From Mobula hypostoma (Eukaryota): 64,000 nucleotides of DNA. The DNA is taken from positions 196,168,001 to 196,232,000 of the forward strand of contig NC_086097.1 in NCBI RefSeq assembly GCF_963921235.1. The letters run 5' to 3'. Below the pieces are notes generated by a model. That model ran no database searches. It was not told the origin of the DNA and was given only the letters and a program-made list of their open reading frames with translations. Each line of letters opens with the position of its first letter. Position 1 is the stretch's first letter. Both the position numbers and the translations under genes were made by a program. Positions 37,575-51,222 of the stretch are shown piece by piece.

Positions 37575-40490
37575 TAGACCATAAGACCATAAGACAAAGG
37601 AGCAGAAGTCAGCCATTCGGCCCATCGAGTCTGCTTCGCCATTTTATCATGAGCTGATCCATTCTCCCATTTAGTTCCACTCCCCGGCCTTCTCACCATA
37701 ACCTTTGATGCCCTGGCTACTCAGATACCTATCAATCTCTGCCTTAAATACACCCAATGACTTGGCCTCCACTGCCGCCCGTGGCAACAAATTCCATAGA
37801 TTCACCACCCTCTGGCTAAAAAAATTACCTTCGCATCTCTGTTCTGAATGGGCGCCCTTCAATCCTTAAATCATGCCCTCTCGTACCAGATTCCCCCATC
37901 ATGGGAAACAACTTTGCCACATCCACTCTGTCCATGCCTTTCAACATTCAAAATGTTTCTATGAGGTCTCCCCTCATTCTTCTAAACTCCAAGGAATACA
38001 GTCCAAGAGTGGACAAACGTTCCTCATATGTTAACCCTCTCATTCCTGGAATCATTCTAGTGAATCTTCTCTGTACCCTCTCCAACGTCAGCACATCCTT
38101 TTTTAAATAAGGAGACTAAAACTGCCCACAGTACTCCAAGTGGGGTCTCACCAGCACCTTATAGAGCCTCAACATCACATCCCTGCTCCTATACTCTATT
38201 CCTCTAGAAATGAATGCCAACATTGCATTCGCCTTCTTCACCACCGACCCAACCTGGAGGTTAACCTTAAGGGTATCCTGCACAAGGACTCCCAAGCCCC
38301 GTTGCATCTCAGAACTTTGAATTCTCTCCCCATTTATGTAAAAGTCTGCCCGTTTATTTCTTCTGCCAAAGTGCATAACCATACACTTTCCAACATTGTA
38401 TTTCATTCGCCACTTCTTTGCCCATTCTTCCAACCTATCCAAGTCTCTCTGCAGACTCTCTGTTTCCTCAGCACTACCAGCCCCTCCACCTAACTTTGTG
38501 TAAGGGGGTTTCGTCTTTTACTGTGTAGACTAATTAAAATGGCTTCTTTGTTATGTTATACTCGGGAATGCTTCTTTGTTATGTTAAATGCTGAGGAAGT
38601 CTCTAGCTAGACATTCGCTTGGGTTAATAGAGATAGCAATGTGCTATTAACCAATTGGGATAGTTGTTATGATTTTGGTGTATCTGGAAGATTTGTATGC
38701 GCGCGGTTTTGGGGCAGAAGGCGGGAGAGTGAAACAGAGGATGGACCAGGTGCTGTGATGTCCACTAACGGGGTCGAAACCTGAGGAGGGCATTCGGCGA
38801 GGAGATGGAGACGGACTCGTGTGGAGCGTCTGGTCGACCACCGTTGTTGGTCCCAGGCGGCCAGTCGAGGTGGTCCGAGAGGTCGCAGGGTGAAGAAGAA
38901 GGTTCTTGAGCTCCAATTGTTTTGTGCACGAAGAGATTGAACTTTGATAAGTGTGGCGCCTTTTATTTTCCTTCTATATTTTATTCTCTATTAATTATAT
39001 AGTTCCAGTAATATCTATAAACTGTAAATCATTTAATCGTATCTGGTGTATTGTCTGTTATTTGGGTGGGGTGGGGTACATCACACAGCATCTACACAAA
39101 CTAATTACCCAGTTTGACAGGGCCGAGGGTTGTTTCCCTAGACAACAGCGAGCCAAGCGACCCTGAGGGTGGCCGGGGGGCTACATTTGTATCATCAGCA
39201 AACTTAGCCACAAAGCCATCTATTCCATAATCCAAATCGTTGATGTACAACGTAAAAAGAAGCGGCCCCAACACTGACCCCTGTGGAAAACCACTGGTAA
39301 CCGGCAGCCAACCAGAATAGGATCCCTTTATTCCCACTCTCTGTCTCCTGCCAATCAGCCAACGCTCTATCCATGTATGTAACTTTCCCGTAATTCCATG
39401 GGCTCTTATCTTGTTAAGTGGCCTCATGTGTGGCACCTTGTCAAAGACCTTCTGAAAATCCAAATATACAGCATCCACTGCATCTCTCTTGTCTAGCCTA
39501 CTTGTAATTTCCCCAAAAAATTGTAATAGGTTTGTCAGGCAGGATTTTCCTTTAAGGAATCCATGCTGAGTTCTGCCCATCTTGTCATATGCCTCCAGGT
39601 ACTCCGTAACCTCATCCTTGACAATCGACTCCAACAACTTCCCAACCACTGATGTCAAGCTAACAGGTCTATAATTTCCTTTTTGCTTCCTTGCCCCCTT
39701 CTTAAATAGTGAAGTGACATTTGCAATCTTCCAGTCCTCCGGAACCATGCCAGAATCTATCAACTTTTGAAAGATCATTGTTAATGCCTCCGCAATCTGC
39801 ACAGCTACTTCCTTCAGAACACGAGGGTGCATTCCATCTGGTCTGGGAGATTTATCTACCCTTTGACTATTCAGCTTCCTGAGTACTTTCTCTGGTGTAA
39901 TTGTGACTGCACACACTTCTCTTTCCTGCCACCCTTGAGTGTCTGGTACACTGCTGATGTCTTCAGTGAAGACTGATGCAAAATACTCGTTCAGTTCCTC
40001 CACCATCTCCTTATCTCCCATTTTAATTTCACCAGCATCATTTTCTATTGGTCCTATATCTACTCTCACCTGTCTTTTACTCTTTATATACTTGAAAAAG
40101 CTTTTAGTATCCTCTTTGATATTATTTGCTAGATTCCTTTCATAGTTCATCTTTTCCCTCTTAATGACCTTCTTAGTTTCCTTTTGTAAGCTTTTAAAAT
40201 CTTCCCAATCCTCTGTCTTCCCACTAACTTTTGCTTCCTTGTATGCCCTCTCCTTTGCTTTAACTTGGCTTTGACTTCGCTTGTCAGCCACAGTTGCATC
40301 CTTTTTCCATTCGAAAATTTCTTCTTTTTTGGAATATACCTGTCTTGCACCTTCCTCACTTTTCGCATAAACTCCAGCCACTGCTGCTCTGCCGTCCTTC
40401 CCGCCAGTGTCCCTTTCCAATCAACTTTGGCCAGTTCCTCCCTCATGCCACTATAATTTCCCTTACCCAACTGAAATACCGACACATCAT
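37575..40490 (-). mobile_element. Young CR1 LINE (ORF2 linker, RT, 3' tail) interrupted by a solo LTR
   Basis: ORFs 39101..40420 (439 aa, ending at KFADDT), 38116..38442 and 37671..37862; (accataag)n tail. Confidence 0.93.
38499..39185. mobile_element. Solo LTR (Gypsy-like), 687 bp
   Basis: TGTAAG...GCTACA termini; 4-bp TSD TTTG (38495-38498, 39186-39189). Removal restores the CR1 sequence FADDTKLGG. Confidence 0.88.
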
Positions 40491-40684
40491 TTCTATACCG
40501 ACATATAGAATTATATTCTTTTTGTTATCTTTATTCAAAAGTAATATCCTCCAATTTTAATACTCCCATCTATTTGAATCAGAGCATCTTTCTTCAGGTA
40601 ATTGGAGGAGTGCTAGCATTTGGTCTCTAAAGAATTGGGTGTAGAAACGTAATAGCAGACCATCAATGACCTCAGTCCTGTTCC

Positions 40685-40990
40685 AGCATCACAGTGGCGT
40701 AGTGGTTAGTGCGACGTTATTACAGCTCAGGGCATCGGAATTCAGAGTTCAGTCCTGACATCCTCTGTAAGGAGTGTCTGTACACCCTCCCTGTGGAATG
40801 CATGGATGCCTTTTTTCCCCCAGGTCCTCCAGTTCCCTCCCACAGTTCAAAGATGTATCAGGTCAGTTAATTGCTCATTATAAATTGCCCCATGATGAGG
40901 TTTGGGTTGAATTGGGCTGTCGGGGGTTGTTGGGCAGTGTGGTTTGAAGGACCAAAAGGGCCAATTCCACTCTGTATCACTAAATCAAAT
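40685..40990 (+). mobile_element. tRNA-derived V-SINE
   Basis: Pol III box A TGGCGTAGTGG and box B GAGTTCAGTCC; central ctccagttccctcccacagttcaaagatg; CR1-like 3' end. Confidence 0.8.
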
Positions 40991-41234
40991 TGATTAGATC
41001 ACAACTAATGTGTAACTGAGCTCTATCTGCTGACTGGTTCCATTACTCTTAATAATCCCTAAATGAAGCTGTATTCCCCTACTTATTTTCCATCTCAGTT
41101 GGTTGGCTTCCATGCAGTTATACTATAGTCATGGCACATTCCATTGACTTCAATATTAGAGAAGAAAAATAGCATGTACAGTTACTATTAATCTATTTAC
41201 ATGATTAACTACTGATGTCATGCAGATGATTGAC

Positions 41235-42590
41235 AATAGACAGTAGACAATAGCCAATAGGTGCAGGATTAGGCCATTTGGCCCTTCAAGCCAGCACCGC
41301 CATTCACTGTGATCATGGCTGATCATCCACAATCAGTATCCAGTTCCTGCCTTATCCCTATAACCTTTGATTCTGCTATCCTTAAGAGCTCTATCCATCT
41401 CTTTCTTGAAAACATCCAGAGACTTGCCTCCACTGCCTTCTGGGGCAGAGCATTCCACATATCCACCACTCTCTGGGTGAAAAAGTTTTTCCTCAACTCC
41501 GTTCCAAATGGCCTACCCCTTATTCTTAAACTGTGGCCTCTGGTTCTGGGCTCACCCATCAGCAGGAACATGCTTCCTGCCTCCAGCGTGTCCAATCCCT
41601 TAATAATCTTATATGTTTCAATCAGATCCCCTCTCATCCTTCTAAACTCCAGTGTATACAAACCCAGTCGCTCCAATCTTTCAACATATGACAGTCCCGC
41701 CATCCTGGGAATTAACCTTGTGAACCTATGCTGCACTCCCTCAATAGCAAGAATGCCCTTCCTCAAATTTGGAGACCAAAACTGCACACAGTACTCCATG
41801 TGTGGTCTCACCAGGACTCTCTGCAGAAGGACCTCTTTACTCCTATACTCAATTCCCCTTGTTATGAAGGCCAGCATGCCATTAGCTTTCTTCACTGCCT
41901 GCTGTACCTGCAAGCTTGCTTTCAGTGACTGATGTACAAGAACACCCAGATCTCATTGTACTTCCCCTTCTCCTAACTTGACTCCATTTAGATAATAATT
42001 TGCCTTCCTGTTCTTACCACCAAAGTGGATAACATCACATTTATCCACATTGAACTGCATCTGCCATGCATCCGCCCACTCACCTAGCCTGTCCAAGTCA
42101 CGCTGCATTCTCATAACATCCTCCTCACATTTCACACTGCTTTGTGTCATCTGCAAATTTGCCAATGTTACTTTTAATCCCCTCATCTAAATCATTAATA
42201 TATATTGTAAACAGCTGCAGTCCCAGCACTGAACCCTGCGGCACCCCACTGGTCACCGCCTGCCATTCCGAAAGGGACCCGTTAATCGCTACTCTTTGTT
42301 TTCTGTCAGCCAACCAATTTTCTATCCATGTCAGTACTCTGCCCCCATTACCATGTACTCTAATTTTGCCCACTAATCTCCTATGTGGGACTTATCAAAG
42401 GCTTTCTGAAAGTCCAGATACACTACATCTACTGGCTCTCCCTTGTCCATTTTCATAGTTACATCCTCAAAAAATTCCAGAAGATTAGTCAAGCACCATT
42501 TCCCCTTCGTAAATCCATGCTGACTCAGACCAATCCTGTTACCACTATCCAGATGTGTCGTAATTTCATCTTTTATAATTGACTCCAGCA
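41235..42590 (-). mobile_element. CR1 LINE, RT to 3' tail
   Basis: ORFs 42373..42591, 42125..42373 (GKFADDTK) and 41323..41913; (gacaata)n tail. Confidence 0.92.
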
Positions 42591-42604
42591 AAAATGCAGT
42601 TCAG

Positions 42605-42955
42605 TCCCATTGGCCATAAATATTGTGCCAACCCTTTAACCTACTCAAATCAATCTGACCTGTCCTCCCACATAACCCTTCATTTATCTGTCATCCTTTT
42701 GCCTGTCTAAGAGTTCCTTAAATGTCGTTAATGTATCTGCCATCGCTGACAGCATGTTCCATGTATCCACAACTCTCAATGTAATTAAAATTATGTCTGA
42801 CGTTCCCCCCCACCACCTCCACAATATCTTAATCCAGTCACCTTAATATTATGCCCCTCGAGTGTCCATTTCCACTCTGGAGAAAAAGTCTCTGGCTGTC
42901 CACTCAGTCTAAGCCTTTTATCATCTTGTCCACCTCTATCAAGTCACCTCACATA
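42605..42955 (-). mobile_element. Older CR1 3' fragment
   Basis: Diverged match to CR1 3' ends; appears to resume briefly at 43432 after the PLE. Confidence 0.6.
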
Positions 42956-42956
42956 T

Positions 42957-43430
42957 TCCCTCTGAATAGCCTTCAACCTTACAGCCTGAACATTGATTTT
43001 TCTAACTTCTGATAATTCCTATTCTAGTACCCCTCTTACCTGTTCTCTTTTCCTCATCTGCTGTCACCTCCTTCTGGTGACCCTCCTGATTCTCTTTCTC
43101 CCATGGTCCACTCTCCTCTCCTATCAGATTGTGTCTTCATCAGCCCTTACCTTTTCCATCTATCACCTCCCAACTTCTCTGTCCCTTACCAACCCACTTT
43201 CCCCTTCACCTGGTCTCACCTATCACCTGCCAGCTTGTACTTCTTCCCAATCCTCACTTTCTTATTCTGGCTTCTGTCCCATACCTTTTCAGTCCTGATG
43301 AAGAGTCTCAACGTGAAATGTCAACTGTTTATTCCCCTCCATCGATGCTGTTTGACCTGCTGAGTTCCTCCAACATTTTGTGTTTGTTGCTCTGGATTTT
43401 CCAACATCTGCAGAATCTCTTGTGTTTATT
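42957..43430 (+). mobile_element. Penelope-like element 3' end (family A) with decayed hammerhead motif at 43291-43326
   Basis: LNSLQPYSLNIDFSNF* ORF end, pyrimidine-rich UTR, AGTC-CTGATGA-A...GAAAT-GTC-AACT, and a tail homologous to 24965-25062. Confidence 0.82.
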
Positions 43431-43479
43431 GCATCTCATCCTCCTTTGCTCTCCTCTGCACCAGAACACTCCCTGCCTG

Positions 43480-46400
43480 GCATGCATTGGATGTCAAACT
43501 TAATTATTGAAATGAAAGCCAAGCGATCATTTCACTAAATCTTTAATAAAGGAAGGATCGTCTTAGAGACTTGTCTTGAAGGCAGTCTTACAACACAGTC
43601 TTTACCCTTTCTCACTTTGAAAATGCCAGCCTTGGTTATGTTCCTTGTGGGGATCAGCAAGAAATGCTGGGCCAGTTAACCATGAGGAGAGGGTGAGCTG
43701 ATTAGCTTGGCGCCCTCTTGTGGCATGATCAGCCAGGTTCAGATCAGTAGGAACAGAGTTCCATTGGCTCTGCTGGGTTGATCACCTGACACCTTGGATC
43801 CTATTATGTTCTGTATATAAACAACGAATCTTCTTGTTTCATTAAATGTATAACTGAGCACGACCTTCCTGTTGGTCAAGAACTTGATATTATCTAGTCC
43901 TGTGTCCAGGTCTTCAGCTATTTCCTCTGCCATTTCAAATGTTAGAACAGCAGCACCAAGTTCAAGCTTAACTCGAGTTTGGAAGCAAGTTTTGCCTTAC
44001 CAGGATGAATCCAATTTCACTATATCCAGCAGGTATAGAACAGCAACAATAGCTTTAGCTGATGCATCACAGAAGAGGCAGGCCTCTTCCTTTTGAGTTG
44101 TAGATAGGGGAATTGCTGTGTAGGTTCTTGGAGTCTTCAAACATTTAAGATCCCGGAGGGACAAACACCTCTGCTACCACTGCTCATGTTTCCCGTTCTC
44201 TGAGTAGGACATCCCATCCACAAGTATCTAAGGTCAACTCTCTGAACATGAAGCATTCCTGGATATTAACTGGAGCACCAAATCCAAAATAGTCAAATAA
44301 GATGTTGATATTCAAAAGCATGTCATGATATGTTGTGTCTTTTGGTATCAGCAACCTGGTGTTGACAATAAGGTCCCATCCAAGGCCTAAGCTGCTGTGA
44401 ATAGGAGGGAAGTCCTATCCAAGATCAAGATTCTGTAGACCTTTGGTGAGATTTCAGATGGAAAATGTTGCATGACCTCAGCATTGTTGGATATGATGTT
44501 ATGCAGCCTGAGATGAGATTGAGCCAACAAGACGTGCTCTGCTTTCAGCACGCTGATTGCTTCTTCTGCACTAGGAAATGACTTAATGCCATCGTCCACT
44601 TAGAAATTCCTTTCTGTCTATCTCTGTGATTCAGTCCCAACGTCCTTCTTTCCCTCGATAGCTGTCTCTTAACGTCATAGATTGCTGCAGCTGACAAGGG
44701 ACAGTTACCAATACATGAACTCTCATGTGGTACGCCAGAATCTCGTTATCCAGTTGGTGGTCATGAAACCACAAGAACCTGAGGTAGTCTCAATGATCCC
44801 CTCTCACTAGGAAGCTGTGTACTGATGTCTGCCATCACTACATTGGACTCAGTTCTGAAATGCATGGGGACCTTGGGCAGACTGTTGGTGAGGTCTAGAT
44901 CCTGCAAGAGCACATTGCTCAGTAATATGCACTTGTTATTTTGCTCAGCTCTGGGTTTACTTTCAGGTAAATGGAACTAGACATATTTTTGAGCAGTATT
45001 TGCCTTGGAAGAACTTTCCACATACCTCTGTGCAAGAGGAAGTAGCTAAGGGGTGAGGTGTCTTGTGGACAGGCGTTGTCCAGCATTCATTATATAGTTT
45101 TCTACTTCAGTTTAGTTGACCACGATAGGGGTTTTGGTTTTCCAATCTTTGCTGGAGACCTCTCTTTGAATGACGTTTTACCAGAAGTTGAGAGCATGAA
45201 ACTAGGATCATTTCACATTTCTGCATGGCAGCAGATGAATTCTACAAAGAATGAAAATGGCGGATAGTGGGCAAAAGGCTTTGTTTAATATTTGAAACCT
45301 TCAGTTTTCTAATGTTCTTGCCTGTTGTTCAGAAGTTTCTACACTAGGGTTTATTCCTCTTGCTGCATCCCAAAAACAAACTCAGTCCTAGTAGGTAACC
45401 CTTGTTTTCTGTGGCTTGCAGTTCCAACAACAGGTCTGCAAGCTCCAGTTCTTTGTGTGAGTGCTCTGGAAAATTATTAAGTCTGCTGAAGAGAGATTCT
45501 TCAACTTCCTCTGAACAGCCATAGACTTTGTTCAGCATCTGCCACTGCATTGTAAACCCACAGCTGGAATATTAATGTGCACTGCCCTAACCCTTCCTGC
45601 ACGTTGCAGTGATCAACATCAAGCCACTTACAGAAAAGGACTAGCTCTTCACTAAGTCTGAGACTTATTACTTCCACAGCATTGCTAAAAGCTTGACTTC
45701 CAGGACAGACTGGCTGTCAAACACACTTAGCCCTGTTGTGACTCAGTCTCAACAAGCCAGATAGCAAGCCAAACCGAATGCACCTGTGGCTCCTGAATGA
45801 GGGCATTGTGGAGACTGGTTTGCCAAATGTATGTCCTGGGATGGATGGAAGTTCAGTCTGTCTGTGTTTGTGCAGATGGGAGTGGCATCAGCAGCAACTC
45901 TTGACTGAAGTCCTTACTGTGATGAAACTACAGAAGGAGGAGTGTGTGGGTCATTGCTGCTGTAGACTTTGATTTTCAATACCTGGACAATGTGAAAGGC
46001 ATATTGGTTGTGTGTTGTGGGCAGCTTTTCCTTGTAGAACTAAAGCATTGTCTTTTTCATAGCCAAAATGCATTGGACATTTTCTTTAGTAAGATGCATT
46101 GGATGTAAGCTGATCTCATTCTTCCACTTTGGCTCATGCGCCAGCTTGTGCTGTAGCTATGCTAGTTGTGGATTCATTCAAGATGCGCCACCTTCTGTCC
46201 TCACTTCCAGGTCTTGGCAATCAACATTGATCAAACAGAAAGCTGACATTATTGTATAAGGCATGTCTCCAGTCCATGGGCGATGCCTTTGAAGATGAGT
46301 TATCTTTTCACTCACCTGAACTCTCAATGCGTATATACAGAGCTATGCAGAGAGTTAAACACCTTCTCAAAAATCACCCGAGACAGGAACTTTCTTCACA

Positions 46401-46660
46401 GTTTTAAATAAGATCTTACTTGTGAAACTGCAGAAAGTTAAGTAAGATACATATTAAATAGAATACGGAATAGTTGTACGCCTGAATATACTAATACTGT
46501 CAACTATTCTTGCAATCGGTGTTAACCAAGGTAATACACGCACACAGCACTCCATAACTATGCCGTGTGAGTAAATTTGTGGCGCAAAAATACTTAATTA
46601 CAACAAATGCTGAACATAATATTTTCTTCAAAATACATCTACTAAATGTTTACCAGTATT
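43480..46660 (-). mobile_element. BEL/Pao LTR retrotransposon, heavily decayed and internally deleted
   Basis: VDDGIKSFPSAEEAISVLK...LRLHNIISN (ORF 44387..44599), YLRFLWF near 44770-44790, NVLLQDLDLTNSL near 44880-44920, gag-like YGCSEEVEESLFSRLNNFP...LADLLLELQ (ORF 45344..45550). Confidence 0.8.
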
Positions 46661-46829
46661 AGCAAATATTTAATACTCATGGATATTACTGCTTAAAGGG
46701 ATGGTGGAGATAGGTGGAAAGACAAAACCCAAATTAATCTATGCAGGAAATGATATAAAAACAGATTATGTACTGGAAATGATGATTATACAAAACGATT
46801 TGCATACAAAATGAAACGCACCTACAGAG

Positions 46830-47352
46830 GCCAGAACAACAGTATATGACATTAAATTATTATAAGTTACAATAAATATAAAATAAATACGTACTGCAAA
46901 AGAGGAATAATGAAGTCGTATTCTTGGGTTTATGGACCATACGAATGACAGAGGAGAAAAAGGTGTTCCTAAAACTTTGAGTGTGCATCCTGTATCATCC
47001 TCCCTGATGGTAGTAATGAAAGAAAGAATGTCCTGGATGGTGAGGACACTTAATGATGGATGCCATCTTCTTGAGGCACTGCACTTTGAAGATGTCCTTC
47101 ATGGTGGGGAGGCTTGTACCCAAGATGGAGTTGGCCGAGTCTACTAACTTCTGTAGCCTCATCCAACCTTGTGCATTGGAGCCTCTATACCAAGCAGTGA
47201 TGCAACCAGTCAGAGTGCTCTCCACCATATATCCGTAGAAATTTGCTAGAGTCTTTGGTGACATACCAAATCTCCTCAAACTCCTAATCAAGTATGCTGC
47301 TGGTGTGCCTTCTTCATGATTGTTTCAATATGTTGGGTGCAGGATAGATCGT
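46830..47352 (-). mobile_element. Rex1/Babar-type LINE 3' fragment
   Basis: ORF 46995..47291 (IRSLRRFGMSPKTLANFY..VESTLTGCITAWY). Confidence 0.85.
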
Positions 47353-48050
47353 CAACAATTTTCAAAGTTTGCATGTTGCAACATGAATAGTACACATAAA
47401 AATAATTTATAAGCAAAGTAAAAAGAAAGTTCCTGTCTAAAACAGTACAGAAAGGACATGATTTTCTTACATGACCTTTTATTCCAGTAGCAGAGTAAAT
47501 ATTGGGAGAGTAACTGAGTGAAAAACTGTGAAGTTGGAGAGTAACATTTTTCCAGTGAGACCCACTGAGATGATGGGACGGATGAATGCCTCTTGAGTTG
47601 GATATTGTGAGGGTCTAACAGTGGCATGAATTTATGTAGTCTCAATACTTTTATTAATTGGGCAATCTGTCCCTTACCTGGCTCAAATAAGATATTTTAC
47701 TCAGGGTTGCTGATTTTGAAAGGTTGAACAAGTTACATCAATGCAATAGGAATGTATCTCTGGGCTTTCTGTGGCCCATCTACTCAGAAGTAGGAGTACC
47801 CTTATGGTAAATATTTTTGGGCAGAAGAGAGAGAACAATGCCTTGAAGTTCAAACTTAGTGGATAACACTAAATGTATTTCTATAGACTGCATGGGAAGT
47901 TTGCTTCTGTATCTGGAAAGTACAATAGAAAATATTCTCATTAAACTATATTCATCTTTATGAACACTGAATAAAGTAAAAATTCCTTCAAGTATTTGTT
48001 ACACTTTCTTGCACAGCTTTACTAAGTTCATTCTCTGTGGTTTTTTACAG

Positions 48051-48187
48051 GTTGTCCATTTAATTGGAGGAGGTTTAAGGATAAATGTTATTATATCTCC
48101 AATAATCCAGTTCAATTTAAAGATGCAAATAATCTATGTAGAACTATGTCATCCAACCTGATTATAATTAATAACCAAGAAGAACAG
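48051..48187 (+). CDS. COLEC12: Collectin-12 coding exon (exon 7 equivalent), C-type lectin domain part 1
   Basis: ttttacag|GTTGTCCA...GAACAG|gtactg, 137 bp. (G)CPFNWRRFKDKCYYISNNPVQFKDANNLCRTMSSNLIIINNQEEQ. Confidence 0.93.
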
Positions 48188-49029
48188 GTACTGAAATGAT
48201 CATAACATTAAATACTTCATTGTCACTTTCTTCAGATTTGATAAAGATGACTTATTTCCTTCAGCACAGAAAATTAAGATATATTTGGTTAATTACACTA
48301 TTTTGAATCTTTGCACATTGGGTTCAAATGAAATTAACACACAAATTTTAAAAGTTGTTCATATTTAACATATACAATAAAAGTAATACACAGAATTAGA
48401 AATATTTATTGCCCTGGCTACTAAGAGCTACCCTAAGATTTCATCTCTGCAAATGAGCAACATTACCAAGAAAGAACAGTTTAGATGCTACAGTATGTAT
48501 TCCTTTCTTCTGGGTCTTGATTTATTACTCTCAATTTCATTCCTATTCAAGTCTTAATAAGAAAAATATTGAAGCGATATTTTAATTGCATGTAAAATTA
48601 AAGCACATTAATCTCAAAGTTACCATGGAATCACAGTAGCAAAGCCTTCTGGTTCTGAACAGACCAAGTAATCTGTAAATGTAGGTAAATGTGCTTCACA
48701 CTTCGCTGATCAAGGCAGAAAATCTGACATTGCCCTTAATCGAAATGGTAGGTTTAACCATGCCCATTCTCCTCAGTCCACAACCATATCAATTTCATTT
48801 AAAAAGACTATTCAAAAGAAATCATTCCACAGAATAATGTTGAAGCTGGGGAACATAGCCCATTGCCAGACTGAGAAGTAATTGTGCTTTTTATGTTCTA
48901 TAATTATGTCGTCAAACTGAAGTTAGGAGATAATAGTTGAATTCTATGTGCTCCTAAATAACAAGGGTCTAAATATACATTTCTATGCATTGTTACCAGA
49001 ATTAATGAAAGGTTCAAAAGTCTACTTTT

Positions 49030-49240
49030 GGGATTTGAAAAATGAAAACATCAATTAATCATGATAAAGATGACCATGAAAACCACTGGGTTATTATTAA
49101 AACTCATATTGTTCATTCATGACCTTCAGGAAGAAATTCATATGATCCTTACTGAGTCTGGGTTATGTGTGACTCCAGACCCATTTCATGTGGTTGACAC
49201 TGAAATGTCCTCCAAGTGACCCAGCATGGTTTGTAATAAA
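49030..49240 (+). mobile_element. Old SINE fragment (resembles MER131/Nin-domain-type SINE core)
   Basis: ccttactgagtctgggttatgtgtgactccagaccc...tgtggttgac motif, recognised from memory only. Confidence 0.4.
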
Positions 49241-50583
49241 ACATAATTTAAAAAAAAACTTGATAAATATTCCGGCATCAATCTATGTATTGAATATGGC
49301 CATGATGAAGTCACTCATAGCCAAGTCAGTATTGACTTTGTCAGAATTTGCAAAGTCCTCCTTGCAAATATTTTGTGACTGGTATCTAAAGTGTGAGAAA
49401 TGTCTGGTCAAGCAACGCCCTTACATAGTTTTACTCACAGAACCACAACTTAGGGATGGACCAGACTCTATTACATTCCTGAGCTACTTCTTGTTACATG
49501 AGTAGGACATACCTGCCAGAAATGGAGGCTTTGTGATATACAAGGCTCTTGGAGTTCTCAATATTAACCATTGAGGCTTACCACGTCCTGTCTTCTCACA
49601 GTTGATGAATCAGTGGTTCTCCACATTGAACAATACCCAGAAGAAGCACTGAAAGCCGCAATGGTACAAAATGTAGACTGGTGCAGGAAATTCAATGTCT
49701 ATTGCCAAAGGTTGCTTGGTAGGACCATCATAGAGTAAGTTGGCAGAGTCCTGTAGGATGTAACTACAGACTGAGTGTACGGCAGACAGTGCGTAAACCA
49801 ACATGACAGATAATCTACTTGACCTTGTCCTCACCAATCTACATGCATTGGTAGAAGTGACCATGTTTTCTGTCACTGCAAACATATATTCATGAGACAT
49901 GGACATGTTTACCATTTTGTTTTCCAATTTTGACACCATTTTTTCCTTTGTCCCTCTGTGTAATAGATCCATTCATACTGAGCATGATGGTAATATCTGA
50001 CTGGTGGCAGTAATAGTGTACTTAATCCAACAGTATTTTCTTAAAAAACTCTAATTTTTGTAGTTTTTCAATATCTCTGGCTTTTCATATCAGTCTGCCA
50101 ATATTTGTAAGTGCAACTGAAGACACTGAATATCTCTTGTTACATTCTACTTTAACAATGAATATTGAGGACATGAAGCATAACTTGAGGGCAATGAAGT
50201 AATTCTGATCATCCTGAAAAGATTACACAATATTTAGGAAAATATTGAGAATGCTGGGCAATTTTTATGATGCATTGCAATGTACATATTTACTTACAGG
50301 CAGCCATTGTATTATTGGTGAGTTGTGTTCCTGGAAAATGGTCCGTATTGCAACTTTCCGTAATGTAAAGCTGTGTCATCGACGCATGCATCAGGAACAG
50401 GAGTTTAAAAGAGATTATGTTATTTTTTCACATAAATTGATGAGAGTGAAATTTATTGCATCTATTAAACTTTTGTGTATTAATTTGTGAATTCTATGAG
50501 GGGGAATTTCTGTTGTCCCCAATGGCTGTAATGCAGGAGTTGATGCATCAATATCGCTAACAATTGTTGTATTCATATTACAG

Positions 50584-50693
50584 CAATGGGTGAGAAAACA
50601 AATTAATAGCGCATTTTACTACTGGATTGGTCTGACAGATGTGAAGGAGCATAATGACTGGAGATGGGTCGATGGAACTGTTGCACAGTACAC
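50584..50693 (+). CDS. COLEC12: Collectin-12 coding exon (exon 8 equivalent), C-type lectin domain part 2
   Basis: ttacag|CAATGG...GTACAC|gtatgt, 110 bp. QWVRKQINSAFYYWIGLTDVKEHNDWRWVDGTVAQY(T), containing the WIGL motif. Confidence 0.93.
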
Positions 50694-50913
50694 GTATGTA
50701 TATGGCGTCTATAAAATCGAAAACTACTAAGTGTCAAGTACAAATTATATATTTATGTAAATTTAATTGTAGGTTTTGTTCCACCTAAAATTAAATTTTG
50801 ACTTAAGATAGTCATGCCATATACCACAATTTTGCTTAATTAAAAAAATAAATGGGTCAACATTTTAACCAGTGAGTTCTGAAGCAAACTGGTAAATTTG
50901 CAAGGCTGAATCT

Positions 50914-51222
50914 GGGCACCACGGTAGCATAGTGGTTAGCGTGATGCTGTTACAACTTGGGCCGTTCCAGAGTTTGGAGTTCAATTCCGACACTGTTCTG
51001 TAAGGAGTCTCTGTATGTCCTCCCTGTGGAATTCGTGTGTTTTCCCTGGGTGCCCCGGTTTCCTCCTACAGTCCAAAGACATACCTGGTGGGTCAGTTGG
51101 TCATTGTAAATTGTCATGTGATTAGGTCGGAGTTAATCAGGGTCGTGGGGTTGTGGGGGTAGCATGGCTTGATGGGCCAGAAGGGCCGACTCCACGTTGT
51201 ATCACTAAACAAGTAAGTAAAC
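50914..51222 (+). mobile_element. tRNA-derived V-SINE, near full length
   Basis: Box A TAGCATAGTGG, box B GAGTTCAATTCC, gggtgccccggtttcctcctacagtccaaagac core; homologous to 40685-40990. Confidence 0.85.

Noticed and set aside
39101-40420. 439-aa ORF as a functional or domesticated reverse transcriptase gene
   Set aside because: It is a 5'-truncated CR1 ORF2 with a frameshift at its start, cut by a solo LTR right after FADD; its last residues are LTR-derived.
40685-40760. tRNA genes at 40685, 50914 and 52990
   Set aside because: Only box A/B heads are present, continuing into SINE body and tail; no complete cloverleaf.
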